Assembly (NCBI GenBank): GCA_030141605.1
Contig: JAQGDQ010000049.1
Location: 248,001-312,000 of the forward strand
Origin: Tubiluchus corallicola
Lineage: Eukaryota > Animalia > Priapulida
Direction: 5' to 3'
DNA length: 64,000 nucleotides
Positions within the stretch are counted from its first letter, which is position 1; each line of letters begins with the position of its first letter. Made by a program: the position numbers and the translations under genes. This document shows, one piece after another, positions 25,053 through 58,400 of the stretch. A model generated the notes under the pieces. That model ran no database searches. It was not told the DNA's origin and saw only the letters and a list, made by a program, of their open reading frames with translations.

Positions 25053-25489
25053 TCATTATTATTATAAGTCTTTTAGTTAAAAATATGTTGTACAATTTAT
25101 ACACTTACACAAACACAGAGATATACATACATACACAAGCTGAAAAATTGACCTAACCCTCTATTTGCAGGGTGAAGTGGTGGTCATTTGATGTGAAGAC
25201 TGTTTCATCTTTCATACATAGCAGAAATAAAGATACATCATAGATAATTGACTGCTTACACATGTACATGAATTATACATCAGTAAAGTAGTACACAATA
25301 TACACAATAGTAATGTCTGATTACGGCATATTAGATTGGTAAGTGCATTATTTTCTTCTCTTTGACACAACAAGTAATAACGATGAATCGTTACATTACA
25401 TATATCCCAAATATGATGAAATGAAAACAATATTCATTTTTTACATATTTACACATTATTTACACAGTATGTTAGATTTTTTTGTTGTT

Positions 25490-26610
25490 TTTACAAGATA
25501 TTTGATTGAATCAAATCGTTTGTTATTTTCTGTAATAACTGTTTGACTCTATCGTTGCGACAGTGGTATATGTTTCTTATTTGTCGAGGCCAAACAATAT
25601 TTGCTAACTCCATTCTTGTGTTAAGGCCCACCAAATCACAGTCGAAAATCAAATGTTTAGGCGTTTGCCTGGCTGCCCCACAGGTGCATGATTCATTTTC
25701 TGTTAACCCCACTCTCTTATAAAAAGGTTTACAGCCTCGCTGAGGTAATAAATTTAATTTTTTTTTAGATTTTCTATCATATTTCTCTAGAGAAAAGTTA
25801 GATGTCTTTAAGTATATCTGCATATCATCTATTGGTTGTATACCCGCAGCTTGGTTTGAATGCATAATTTTTTCCATATCTCCGTAACATACTTATCTCC
25901 ATCACATTTGCTATATTTCAAGTTCTCTGCTGATAAGGCTAATATGCTTTCATTAGGTGCGACATCGACATTTTTTGCTATTTTCACAAATGATCTATAC
26001 TAAATGTATATTTAAATGTCCGACAATAAAGTGTTTGCAATCAATTGCTTAGCATCGCAAATGATCCAATTCGATTCTTTCTTGTTTAACAAGATCTTCA
26101 GTGGTCCCTGTCGCTGTCATTTAGAGGTCATACCAAATGTCATCAAATTTAGGCATCTAATCTGGTGTACATCTACAAAGGTGAAGCATGCAATAAAATA
26201 GGAAGCACTTTAATTTTAAACAAATCGTTATAGTTGCCATTTGCAATCCTTTATGTTCACGACAAAATTGTTTAATTTGGTGCCACTGAAACCAAGAGCG
26301 TTGTCTTATCTGATTAATGTGCTGAATGAAGTTTAAACGATTATCAAACTTTGCTGTTGTTGGCGTAATTAATTTGTTGGTTTCCAATCTTTAAATTCTA
26401 TGGGTTTGGTTCCCACTTAGAATCCAATGAGCAGTTGTATAATATGGCTTCCATCTTATTGGGAGCGCAATTGATTATCATATGCCATTTCTTAGTCCAG
26501 TTATGCTATTCATCACAACATTGTTGTGCTATATGTAATTTTCGTATGACGTTCTCTCCATTGTCAAGACTGAGCTGTCATCAGCATATTTGAATTTTTT
26601 GAAGCTCCTT
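25490..26610 (-). mobile_element. Degenerate non-LTR retrotransposon RT/C-terminal fragment
   Basis: FKYADDSS (YADD box) at about 26570-26595; FDNRLNFIQHI; C-terminal CTCG..QTPKHLIFDC zinc knuckle; frameshifts. Confidence 0.75.
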
Positions 26611-26667
26611 CTGATATATCTGATATGAAAACCAAAATAAACGTGGTGACAGAACTTACCCTTGAGC

Positions 26668-26669
<2 letters not shown>

Positions 26670-26742
<73 letters not shown>

Positions 26743-26828
26743 GAGAGAGAGACAGAGAGAGAGAGAGACAGAGAGAGACAGAGAGAGAGAGACAGAGACA
26801 GAGAGAGAGAGACAGAGACAGACAGACA
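26670..26828. repeat. (GA)n/(GACA)n microsatellite
   Basis: Visible directly. Confidence 0.95.
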
Positions 26829-26999
26829 AATAGTTATAAGGAGAGTAGAGGAAGGGGATCAGAGAGGGTAGGAAGGAAAGGAGGTAATGAGGGAAAACCA
26901 AACAGAGAAAGAGAACGAAAGCCTTATTGTACTATAATAGCAGGTATAGCAATTAAAAATGTATTGTTAAGAAATATTTTTATGATTTTTATGTTAAAA

Positions 27000-27140
27000 A
27001 ATCTTTTTGGCAAATGTTTTTTCGGTGAAATTAGTTTTTCCGGAAAAATTTTTTGAGGGAAAATAATTTTCCTGGAAAAAATTCCTTGGCAAATCTTTTT
27101 TCTGGAAAATCGTTTTTCTCTGAAAATGTTTTCAGGGAAG
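27000..27140. repeat. Degenerate ~15-bp periodic array (TTTTCCGGAAAA-like), probable subterminal repeat of a non-autonomous DNA transposon
   Basis: Repeated ttttc(c/t)ggaaaa units; similar units at 24345-24430. Confidence 0.45.
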
Positions 27141-27297
27141 CCAACCTAAACTGTTTAAAAATCAACAGCTGGTTTTAGCATGTGATGGTATGGCGGCGAC
27201 CGAGAAGGAAGCGGAATTTCTCAATTTCTTCGTTTTTCTCCAGATTATGTGTTTTAAGTTCTAAATTCTGATACAACTGCATCAAAAAATATATAGA

Positions 27298-46730
<19,433 letters not shown>

Positions 46731-47582
46731 GGTTGTTGGTTGAGCTAGTTTGTTTGTAAGTGTAATTTTTTTCGGAGTCAATGGCGATTTACTTGAATGA
46801 CGGCACTTTTCTGAAATTTTTAACGAGTTGAAGCCATTCTGTTTTATTATTCAATGCAAAGGTATAGACTTGCTTCCTAACCCACTTAAACGGATTACAA
46901 AATCGTATTGTCAGTCAGAATGAGTCGGATTTGGAGTTAACCCTGCGCAGTCCCTTGCTTGTCCAAAGTCATTTGCTACATGAATCCGTTTTTGTCTTCT
47001 GTTTTCACAGAACATGCTCTCGAGAGCTCTCTTCATTGATCTAACACAGGCATTTTGTTCTAATGCTGAAGTTCCTGCTGCTGTTTCTTATATTTTTACC
47101 AACCGTTACTAGACACGACGGCTGCATGTCAACCACTTTTGGCTTCCGGCGTTTCATCTGTAAAATTCTTTAGCAACAAACTGCTTCTTTACCTAGTAGA
47201 ATTCTTACTTGCTTTAGGAAAAACATCAACAAATATCTGGTGTCACACTTAGATCAGTTGTAAGAACTGGCAAAACAGTTTTTTGCAAGGTCATTTGTTG
47301 TTCCAACTTGTAGTGAACATGGCTTGGTGTACAGTCACTCAATTGTCTGAATCTTTAAATTTTTGCAAAGCCAATGAAACTGATTTTTCAATATGTATAT
47401 TTTTTGTACTGATCCAAAACATTCCCAGTGATCACTCAAGGTACAGTTCTGCAGTTGAGGTACGAAAATATACAGATACAAAAGACTAACTTTATTTATT
47501 TATTTTTCTTATTTTATTCACAGTGCACTACTTTACATCAGTCAGCAAACAAGTTGGAAAAATATACATAATTTATAGACAA

Positions 47583-47869
47583 ACTGTCACCGTTGTGCCA
47601 CTAAGGTACTTGTTCTCTGCAAACGATTACATATACAACATGATTATTCGTAAGTATCATCAGTTTTGTTTTATCCTGAAGTAACTCTGGAAAATTTACT
47701 TTTTGTAGTCAAAAAACTTACACATTACTGTCACCATTATACCACTAAGGTACTTCTTCTCTACAAACGATCACATATGCAACATGATTATTCATAAGAA
47801 TCATCAGTTTTCTTTATCCTGAAGTAACTCTACAAAATTAACTTTTTGTAGTCAGAAAACTTACACATT
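47583..47869. repeat. Tandem duplication of a ~143-bp unit between the convergent HBS1L and SLC2A 3' ends
   Basis: ACTGTCACC..CCACTAAGGTACTT..ATCCTGAAGTAACTCT..AAAACTTACACATT at 47583 and 47727. Confidence 0.9.
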
Positions 47870-48968
47870 CCTTAAGCCCATAAGGCAAGTATGTGGGATA
47901 TGGTGAGACAGAAATTTGAGGAGAAGGACGTCAAATTACGCTATTAGATAAAAAGTAGCACTAAGATTACTTTGATGTGACAGCAAAATAATATTTGTGT
48001 ATCTGTCCTACTAACACACAGTGGTATTCCCATATTTGCAAGTGTAAATACCAAAATACAGCATAATGTGATAAGAAGATTAATTTAAGCAAATACTTGA
48101 CCATCCATTATGTGATTGTCAAATACTTATCGAGTTTTAGTGAGCAGTACCAAATTTTACAGTTGCTCTTAGTGTTCCAGAAGTAGCCACTTCTGTACTA
48201 CTCATCTAAATCGTGAGGAAGCACCGTCTCTTATGTGAATACACTTTTACCACAACACATATCTTGGAAATTATCAATATTTCAGTTTACGCTAGCATAA
48301 ATACACAAAATATAAATTTATTCTTTACATTCACTGAGCCCACCTACATAACTGTTGACTACAAAATTGTTATACTGTACATTAGTACATTATTGGACAG
48401 CATGTCATGTTTGAAATGGTAGATCCACCTTCAAATTGAGCTAACATAAATATAGAGGACTACAAATCTTTTCTAAACTATAAAACCCTGCAAAAAAGGT
48501 AATAAAAGGTTTTCCCTATTATAGCTGATTTATATTATCATCATATAGTTCTACAACTTTATTATACATGTTGGCAGTGTCATTCAGTTCTACTACATAA
48601 ATCAATGCATTAGAGATTTTGCAACATACGAGCATTTGTTGAGCAAATTTAATAGTTTTGCCTTCACAGTCTAATAAATTCTGCTTACAATCAGTTTTGC
48701 AAACACCTATTGCTATAAATTCTATGTCTCCAATAAAAATGACAAAACATTGAAAACAATGTTTTTATACTCAATTTACACAATAATCAAAAAGAAAACA
48801 ATTCGATAGAAATATAATTATAAAAATAGTTTAATACTATGTAGAATGTTCTTTATGGTGTTTTACATAAGTTATCTTTTACCTTCATTTGTATCCCTCT
48901 CATGATTCACCTGAAGGAGTTAAACAAAATTTATCTGATCTCATATCACGTTACACAAACGGCATCGT

Positions 48969-51900
48969 TTATGTGGGCACATTCGAACCCACATTTTCAT
49001 CCACTTGCTCATAATTTCGTGATAGACGTAACCTGAGCGATGATCCCTGTTGTAGGCACTTAAGACACGGACATCTCTCCAGTAGCCTCTGTGTTAATGA
49101 GCTGCATTAAGTAAAAATATAAAGTGTCAATTTCTCTTTGCTATACACATTTTAAAGCTTTATTATGAGTTGTGTAAAGTGTGACACGCATTGTAGTAAC
49201 TGCAAAGACAAATGAACAGCAATGTCCTAGAGACACAGGCTGCTTACGTTCCACTTAACTTTACATTTATAGTCAGCATTATTTGTTACTTTAAAGGCTG
49301 TTTTTTACTTTTGCTATCTGCCTGTCAAGTGGCTAACACTACTAAAATATCTAATTTTGTATGAAAACTTGATGTCTGCATAAACTAAACTTTTGTAAGT
49401 CGGAATTACATTTCTCGTTGTAGAAATGTGGGTTTTTTTACAATAATGCTACTTATTTTATATGTGTAATAGACAATTTTGCAAAAACTAAAATCGAAAA
49501 ACACAATATTAAATTAAACTATTAACAAAATCAATTATTACATAGAAGAAACCGGTTAAACAAACCCACAAGCTTGAATTTTGAGTATAGGGTAATTTTA
49601 TTTAAGTCAAAAACCGAACAAAAACAAACAAGCAAATAAACAAACAAAATAAACATCAAAGTATCAATAAGAAAAACAAGGCCTCAAACTCGTGAAATTC
49701 ACTTTCAAAACAAAACAAAGAACCTATGGAAAAATAGAATGATACGGATCACTTGCTGTATCATGTGTGTAACAATTGTGTAACAAGCCATGAAACCACT
49801 TCATAAGCAATATAAACCATGAAGAAAATAACATCCAGAAAATTTCCATTTTCACATTCAGCAGGATTCCAATCACCAACAATGAATTTAGAAATTATCG
49901 AAACTGAATGTTGGAAACTTTTATACATACTAATACTTTTATAACCTGCAGCTGTTTTCCTCTGATATTTCTCACACAAACCGTAATCGAAATTTCTAAA
50001 CCTAAGAAACATCATAGGCATTCTACAGACATAATATTAAATTTGTTCAGTAGGGGTGAGCATTCTCTATCAGAAAGTGAATTCAAAATCGAATGGAATT
50101 TGTGACTTCCGAATTCGAATCAAACCGAATTTCAGTATTATGCATTCGAATTGAGCTGGAAAGATTTTCGAACCACCAGTAAAAAGCGGTCTTACAAAAA
50201 TCAAAAATATTACTCTATAATGTTCTGCAGTAAAATTACCAATGACATGTTTAAAAATTGTCCACAGAAATAAAGAACATGATGTGGTTGAAGTGCTGAA
50301 TTATTCAATTACTCGAATCTATAATTTTTGGTTTGAATCGAATTCGAACTAAAAAAACTCGTTCGAGCTCGAACGTCCGATGCTCACCCCTACTATTCAG
50401 AAAGCACGTGTAGCAGCCTTTGGTACAAAGTAATTATTAAATGGCTCAACTGATACTTTCTTGGAGACTAGGGATTAAAATGATTATATCAGATATATCC
50501 ACAGCACTGAATTATACACCAAGTCCTGGAAGAAAATTAGTAATATGAGAAACATCAATTTGAAAGTTGACTGAAGTAGAGACATTGATTGTTGCTACTT
50601 CCACCACTGAAATGCTCACGCTTTTTAGGAAACTACGTATGCATTTGTATATATTTAAAAGGTTGTTTACATTGTAAGACATTTATGGTAGCTAGAAAAA
50701 TTTTTTTGAGCTGACACATAACAAACGTCACGGCATAAACGAAGTGAAATAGCACAAAAAAGTAAACATAATAATATAAATTGCTGTTCCGATTAGTCAA
50801 GTCAGTACAGTTTAATCAAAAGTCGGTCGAGCACGATGTTCGACGAAGTGCTCGATCATAAATTGATTGTGGTCATTGGTATATGTATTATTATTGTTTA
50901 GTATAAGAGTAAGAATGTGCATGCTTTACCACTCGAATCTGCCATTTTGATTAGTATAGGACAAAAAAATATATCGTTATTTCGAGGTAAAACAACATAC
51001 GAGATAAAACAACGGTCAAAACCTTAAAGTTTTAATTTCACACTGACACAACACCTTCAAATCGATTATCAGTTGACTATCAATCGTTTTTGAAGGTCTA
51101 TGATTGAACACGGAAATGAGACCGATTCCCAATGCTACTAATATGGGACAAATAGATAGCAGTCATAAATAATCATAGATAGCAGTCGTAATAAATTACT
51201 ATGCATCCTAAAACACATTCAAATTGTCAGCACAACAGATATCTTTGTTAAATAACCAAAATTTAAAAAATGAAATTCTATTCTATTTTATGCGGCATAA
51301 ATATGTATAAATATATTTATAAATATGTATATTTTGTATAAATATTAAATAGATGAAAATAGTGTGGCATAGAATAAAATTTATTTTATTTTTTACATAG
51401 CGTGCAATTAATTGCATTCACAATACATGTATTTCCATAATGGTCCATACACCATAATGGCAAATTACCAGTGGTCATACAGTCTCTTTAAGGAAGTTTA
51501 TGCTATTAAAATATTTAGGCAATTAATATTACCTGCCTTCAGTTTCATAAAAGTCATAAGTCTTATAAGTGTGTTTGACATAAAGTATAAAGAAATTTGA
51601 TAAGTGACACTTGTTCGCAAAGACAAGTATTGGACAGGATTAGATGTGTTTTCCAGTTATTCCTTCCAAAATCAAGCTAATTGGTATGGCACTTGATATT
51701 TAGGCCTACTAATGTAGAATTAATTCACAAGGGGGCCATCCACATATAGCGATATGAAACTTGGGGTAGGTAGGAGGCAGGGGACATGATAATGCCATTC
51801 TAACACAAGTTAACTAAGTGATTTAGTCTTGATATCATTAGTCTTGACATCTGACCTCGCTTTTTTCAACTTTGCACTTTTTCTGCAGAAATTTGCAGAA

Positions 51901-52399
51901 TGAGTTGATGAGAATGAGCTCAGTGAAATAGGGCTGCCACCACCGATGTCAGTAGAATCCACAATGCTTTCCCGTTAATTAACACAAGTGATGTTGTTGC
52001 CTGTTCTTGGAAGGAGGAAGAATAAAATGTACAAAAAGCCATGTCAGTGTGATATCGATATCAATAATAGGGGTAGGTAGGTGGTAGAGCATATGATAAC
52101 ACTATTGTAATGCAAGGTAGGTAAGTCGTCGAAATCGGCTGAAAACTTCATATCGTTATACGTGGATGGGTCCATTTACTTCCAATCACAGAGGAAATTC
52201 TGCTATTATATTTTAATGAATTATTCAATTGAAACAGATGATCGGACTTTCATCCTAACTGTTTAAAATTTTAGCAATGAGTGAAGAATGTTTTAAAGAG
52301 GTGGAAAGTCTCCGCACTGAGGAGGGAACAAAAAACTGGGCATATTTTTTTTGGCTAAATATACCTTAAATATATACCTTAAAAATACACCTTACCTTT

Positions 52400-52430
<31 letters not shown>

Positions 52431-55400
52431 CCTTTTAAATATACCTTAAAGTCAACATACTACAGTAAGTCGGAAAGGCATGTCTACATAGACGAATGTG
52501 GTTAATACAGAAAGAAGCAACAGAAAATGTGAAACAACCTGACATGCAAGCAAAATATTCAATACTCTCACTAATTATTGATTCGCCTTACCTATTTGTT
52601 AGATCTTTTGATATCTTCTCTAGAGTTTTATTCTTTGTCTCAGGGACAAAAACAAAAATGAAGGCAACTGATACGAGACAAATGATTCCATAGCCAATGA
52701 ACGTCCACGAAACTCCTACGGCATCTGTAGACATGAAAAAAATTATTGGTTTATGCATTTAAAGCTAGCAACATGTAAAAACATGGAGACGAGGAACTAA
52801 TACACTAACTAAAGATATTAGTGTTCATTAAAAAGGGACAACACCTGATAAAGGATTTCGTTCTGTATATTTTGTCCAAAAGTCGTAAATATTTTTTCTA
52901 GAGCAATACAACACTCACTCATAACATCTAAAAAAGTCATTGATACAATGAGATTTGTTCCCCAGTTGAGTATGGTTGCCATGGCAATTGCACGTCCTCT
53001 GATTCCCACGGGAAATATCTCACTAAGCACAAGCCACGTTACTAAAACAAGAAAATAACAATAGCATATTAACCTTGGAACACATTTTATATTACAATCA
53101 AAGTTCAGTGACAAAAACCTAAATCTCAATGATGTCTTATAGATAAGGACATAACAACTTTTGTAAACTACTAGAAAACAATCGTCATTGTAGCAGAAAT
53201 TACATCACATTATTTACATCACATTTCGTTATTTATGTTACACAGTCTATACAGGATCAGCACCTGATTAATATATTCATTAAAAACTTGAGCTTTACAT
53301 AGGAACACTAATTTTACAATTTCGACAGATTTTCATTGAGGGTTACCTTCAGAAATTCATGCAAAATGTGCAAAAGGAAATAAATGACACATCTTTATAA
53401 GCACATTGTACCGTAAATGTTTTTAGGGATGATAAAATCTGCTCACACAGGTTTGCTTACATTTAAAATGTCAGAAAAGTTTAATCTTCTCCAAAAGAAA
53501 GTGCCATTCTTTAAAAAATGAACTAAAAATTGATTTATATAGCATCAATTCTTTGTAAAACAGTTGTTGGTATACTGCCTATAGCTGTGACATATTCCAC
53601 GAAATGATATTAACCACATTAGTATTTACTTCTTTAATTCAGTGATGAAATCAAATACATCAGCTAGCATAGGTAATAATAAATAATACATAAAAGTATG
53701 GATTCTTTGTAAATGTAACATGACATCGCATATACTTGGCTTTACTTATAAAGCATTAGCATCTGTGCTTAATCATGTCTTGACAGTTTAATGTATATGT
53801 AAATGCCTTTTTGAGAGCTCTTGCTTTTTCCTGTTATTTGTTTGCTTAAAATTATGCGTGTTTTGCAAATATATTTTATTATTTGCTGCTTTTCATCCCC
53901 TAACTGTGTGCTGTGATTAATTACGAAACCACTGCATATCAGCATTGCATTTAGGTATAAAACTCCTGATATGGAATGGACTCGTCAATTCAGCAAGCAG
54001 ATGGACAGGTGTGTTTACCACCGAAGCACCTGTTCCGCAGTTCAACTAGTATGGAAGACCCAAGATAAGTTACAGGCAAGTCTTTTAACATTAATTCATC
54101 TGTTTTGACGTTCACTTTTCTACAAAACACTAGCTGAAGCACAGTTTCTACATGACGGCACAATTTCCAGTATTGAACTAGGACCTCTTGGCTTCCGGAA
54201 TATGTGGACTCAAACAGACCTGCTACCACTCCCTGGTCAAATGGAATCCACTGGCATTATTGCATGTTCCTTTTTATGTGTACATTCTACTTCTCTACTA
54301 ATACACGTTGTGCCATTTGTGTATGTAATAAATAATAAAAATTAATAAAAAAATAAACAGACATGTTTACCTGGCCCAAATCCTATGGCGTAGGCAGAGA
54401 CAAATACCATTAAAGCTGCCAAAGCGATGTACCTACTCACATCAACTGTCCATGACAATGCACTATTTCCACTAGCGGTCAACAATGAGCTCTCATTCGA
54501 TACATCGTGAAGCAAATCATTGACTAACTCTGTATCAAAAACTGGTGTAGTTCTCTCACTATTTGCATTAATTGTTGCTAAAGTTGTTGTATTAACAACA
54601 TGGCTGCCTGAGTAATTTTTCACAAACATGTCCTCACAGGTTTTAGGTGATGAGATGCCAGACATCGTTGCCATAGTGACACCAAGTATCGTTATGCTCA
54701 GCATCATCAAAATAGCACCTAGGAGTAGAAATTTCCTCCTACCTGCTCGATCAACACACAGTAATGATATTATAGTTGATATGACCTATAACACAACAAA
54801 AATTCAGAAAGGCAATAATAAATATTAAGGGAAAATAACAAATAATTCAAGGTTCTGTTATCTTTTTACTGTTAACCTCTACAAACTTTCTACAGTTCAA
54901 TAACAATCTGATTTTATGCTATCTAAGTTTGACATCTTTGCTTGCGTATTATTCTGCATACTACTTAGTTCACTGTCATAATAAGCTCTCAACTACATGC
55001 ATCATGCTTAAAAGGTCAAATTGGCTTTCAGCTGTGGTTTGCCACCTTTAATACAATCCTTTGCAACCCTTTCTCACTATTGCACTACTATGCTGCCCAC
55101 TCAAATACCAGCTGGTGTAGAAAAATGTGCCAAAGTTTAGACTTCTATAAATATTAGAAGGAAGTATGTTACAAAGTTGAAGTTTCACAGCTTGGTTTAT
55201 AACTTTAGTAATTTTTAAGTTTTGACCGAAATAGTTTTGAAGGTTAAAGATTTAATACTGGAACAATGTCAGCTAATTAACAATTGAGAAACAGCCACTT
55301 TGGCAGAAAAACATACATAGCAGCAAAACAATAAATAAATCAACCAGTTTATATCATGGTCGTTACCACAGAAAACAAAACGCTAATAAAGGTTCGTTAA

Positions 55401-58400
55401 CAAGAAAGAAATGGGACTTAATCCTCTGGGCTATGGTATTAAAAGCGACCGACAGTCACATACAGCTGTTTGATGCAGAGGAATTAAAAGTAAAAAACTG
55501 CAGATCTGGGACCCCCAATAAACCGCGAGAAGTTGTACCAGTTGTTGGAAAAACCGCTTTTTTCTGGTATTCACTTTTTTGGCTTGATGATTTGAAGCTT
55601 TTGTATCTTTCAGAAAATCTAATGGAATTTTTGGTGTTTATGCATAAATGTATGCAACATTAGTGTGCTAATTTTTAAGTGAGTCTGCTATTTTCTTTTT
55701 ATAATATCGTAATCAAAATTTTTGCACACTTCTTTTCACTACCAGGTATATTTCTATGTGAGTTTTTGTCTCTTTCTGAACAATGTTATTTCTTTTGCTA
55801 GGCCTGTTAGTAGCTTGTTTCCCTTTTTCCTTCAGCATTTTTCTACTTCAGGAAAAATCTACAGATACTATATTAGCAACGCTACTCAAATCGAATTTTT
55901 CAGTTTTTTGTAGCCTTGGTCAAAATGATTTCACACTGATTCCAGAAGACAAGCTTCATGTCATACGATTCGGTGTCCAGATGTAAACATTAAGCAATCC
56001 TTCAGAATCAAGGTTAGTTCAGCAAAAAAGGAATTGAAAAGAAACTTCATTGTCGCTAGAACAAATCAATGCTATCCACAGAGCAGGCAAAAAATGCATG
56101 TATGAACTTACCTTTACCGTTCCCAGTCCCACAGTATGGAGAGTTGCAACGTCATTACCAGCAAACCCTATTGATTGGAAAATTGTTGGCGCGTAATACA
56201 ATACATTTGGCTGACCCGTAATCTAAAGAAAAATATAGTTATTTAACCCAGTCACCGCACATTTCAGTAAACTAATTTGTAACTAGTTGACAATGTTTCT
56301 CACGTGGTCAGAAACTGAAGATTCTACAAACAATAGTTACAGAATTGAGCCTTGAAAAAACGCCAGCCTTTTGTTTGAAAGATACGATTTTTATTTTATT
56401 GAATTCACATTGCTTGAATGCATAGGAGCTGCAGTTCAGAAAGAAATTGCAACTTGTAACATTTTAACCTGTGACCAATGGGTCAGAGGTCAACGAATCT
56501 CGGCGTGACTTATAACATTCAATTTGTCTCATTGAGACATTTCACTTGATACACAACAAGCTAGTTAACACTTGCAGGCATTTGTATCTTCAACCCCTAT
56601 TTGGCCCCCTAGTGGGGTCGCAGGTGAACTAGGGACACAAAAATATAGTTATAGCAAAATCTTAATTAAGAAAGACGTTTGATCATTAAGCAACATTATC
56701 ATCTATAGGTTACAATACAAAAAACCAATAGGAAATCGTCATTAGTGAACCGAAACTCACTTGCTGAAAGAACACCAGACCAGCTCCGATAATCATTCTT
56801 CCCCTCATGTTGTCCAAAGACTTGAACAAGTCACAAACAGTGTGATCCTAAAAAAATTCATATGTACTACATACTCTTCTAGCATTATAAAAATCAGATC
56901 TACTGTGTCAAGATTTACTGCTATAATTTCAATGTATCATAAGGAGATCTGTATTCAGAACACATTTAAAATTAAAATGTGTAAGTTCGTAAACCAGTCA
57001 AAACTGACGTATCTTTCCGTTTATTATTCAATTGACTGCCCAGTGCTGTGAAACTTCCACAGTTACCATAAATAACATGAAATTCTGCTAAGCCACTATT
57101 TTACAAGGGATGCAACCAGATCCAGTTTTGTGCATGATCCTACATGTGCCGGATCCGAATCTGATTCCATATCTACAAGTTAATGTAAACGATATTTCAT
57201 TTGTTTAGCCTTTTGTTTATGTGGTGGTATCGTCTATCTGTTTTCAGGGTCACTGAGTAATTTTAAGTTTAAACACTGCAAACCTCGACGTACTGTAGTT
57301 TCGAACACTTGATCCGCCTCTTGGTTTGAAGTAAAAAACCGCCAAACTACGCTTTTACTGGAAGTAGATGGCTCCAAATTTTAACCAGACAATTTTGCAG
57401 CAATGGCGCTTTACTGGCACACTTCTTGCTGCACGGAACCACAACACAAACATTACCGGTACGTACTGCTTGCGCTACAAGCATGGAGACAAAAACAAAG
57501 CAATACTTTCGTAAATTTCTAAAGATTTTAATAGCAATCCTTCAATTTCTTTAAAAAAATTAAGACTATTCAGGTAATTGAACTGTTTTGAAAATTTCTT
57601 CTTACCCGCTCTAATTTGTACTCGTTAGTTATATGCATAGAAAAATACAAATATAAACACTGCAAGATCCGACGAACATTTTTGGCCGGATCCATTAAAG
57701 CGATCGGATTTCGCGATTTGGAACCGGATACGGTTCATCCCTAATTTTTACTCACAATTTTCATCCTTTCACATATTACTGTTTTTCGTAACAAATACTT
57801 ACATGTTCTGTCGATACGGACAATCTAATGTTTGTCAGTTCCTGGTCAATGTCAGTACGACTACGAAGTCGTTCCAGAACTTGACGTGCATCTGGTTCAT
57901 TCTTCTTTATCATCAAGTATCTTGGACTTCGAGGTAAAAAGAACATGCCAACTCCTTGACATATAGCAGGTAGAGCCGACAATGCAAACATGTATCTCCT
58001 GAAAAACAGTGCAGCTAACGAACTTAGTGTTTAGATGTTTGTACCAAAATTTGTAATTTAACAACAATAAAAGAATTTTAATATGTTTTCAAGTAATGGA
58101 CTGGCCACCTCCAAGGTCTCATCAATGTTTGTAGGAACGTTTGTGTATAAACTAGTATTAGTATACTTGCTATATCCTTTAGAACTTCTTTTAGAAGAAA
58201 TTTGGTTTCAAAATTATGGATTATGGATGTATTCTGGATTTGCATAAACAAACAGACTTATTTTGCTACACTGTACCTTAGATTCTTTTAAAATAAAGCA
58301 CTTGCAAAAAACTAATGAACACATAAAGCTTTTGTTAGTATTTGCATAATGGATGCCAAACCTGCTAGTTACACTTGCAAAAACTAATAAACAAAAAGTT

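Noticed and set aside
24534-25104. ORFs rich in SLSLSL / LSLS
   Set aside because: Translations of the GA microsatellite, not genes
26625-27056. ERERER-rich ORFs
   Set aside because: (GA)n microsatellite artefact
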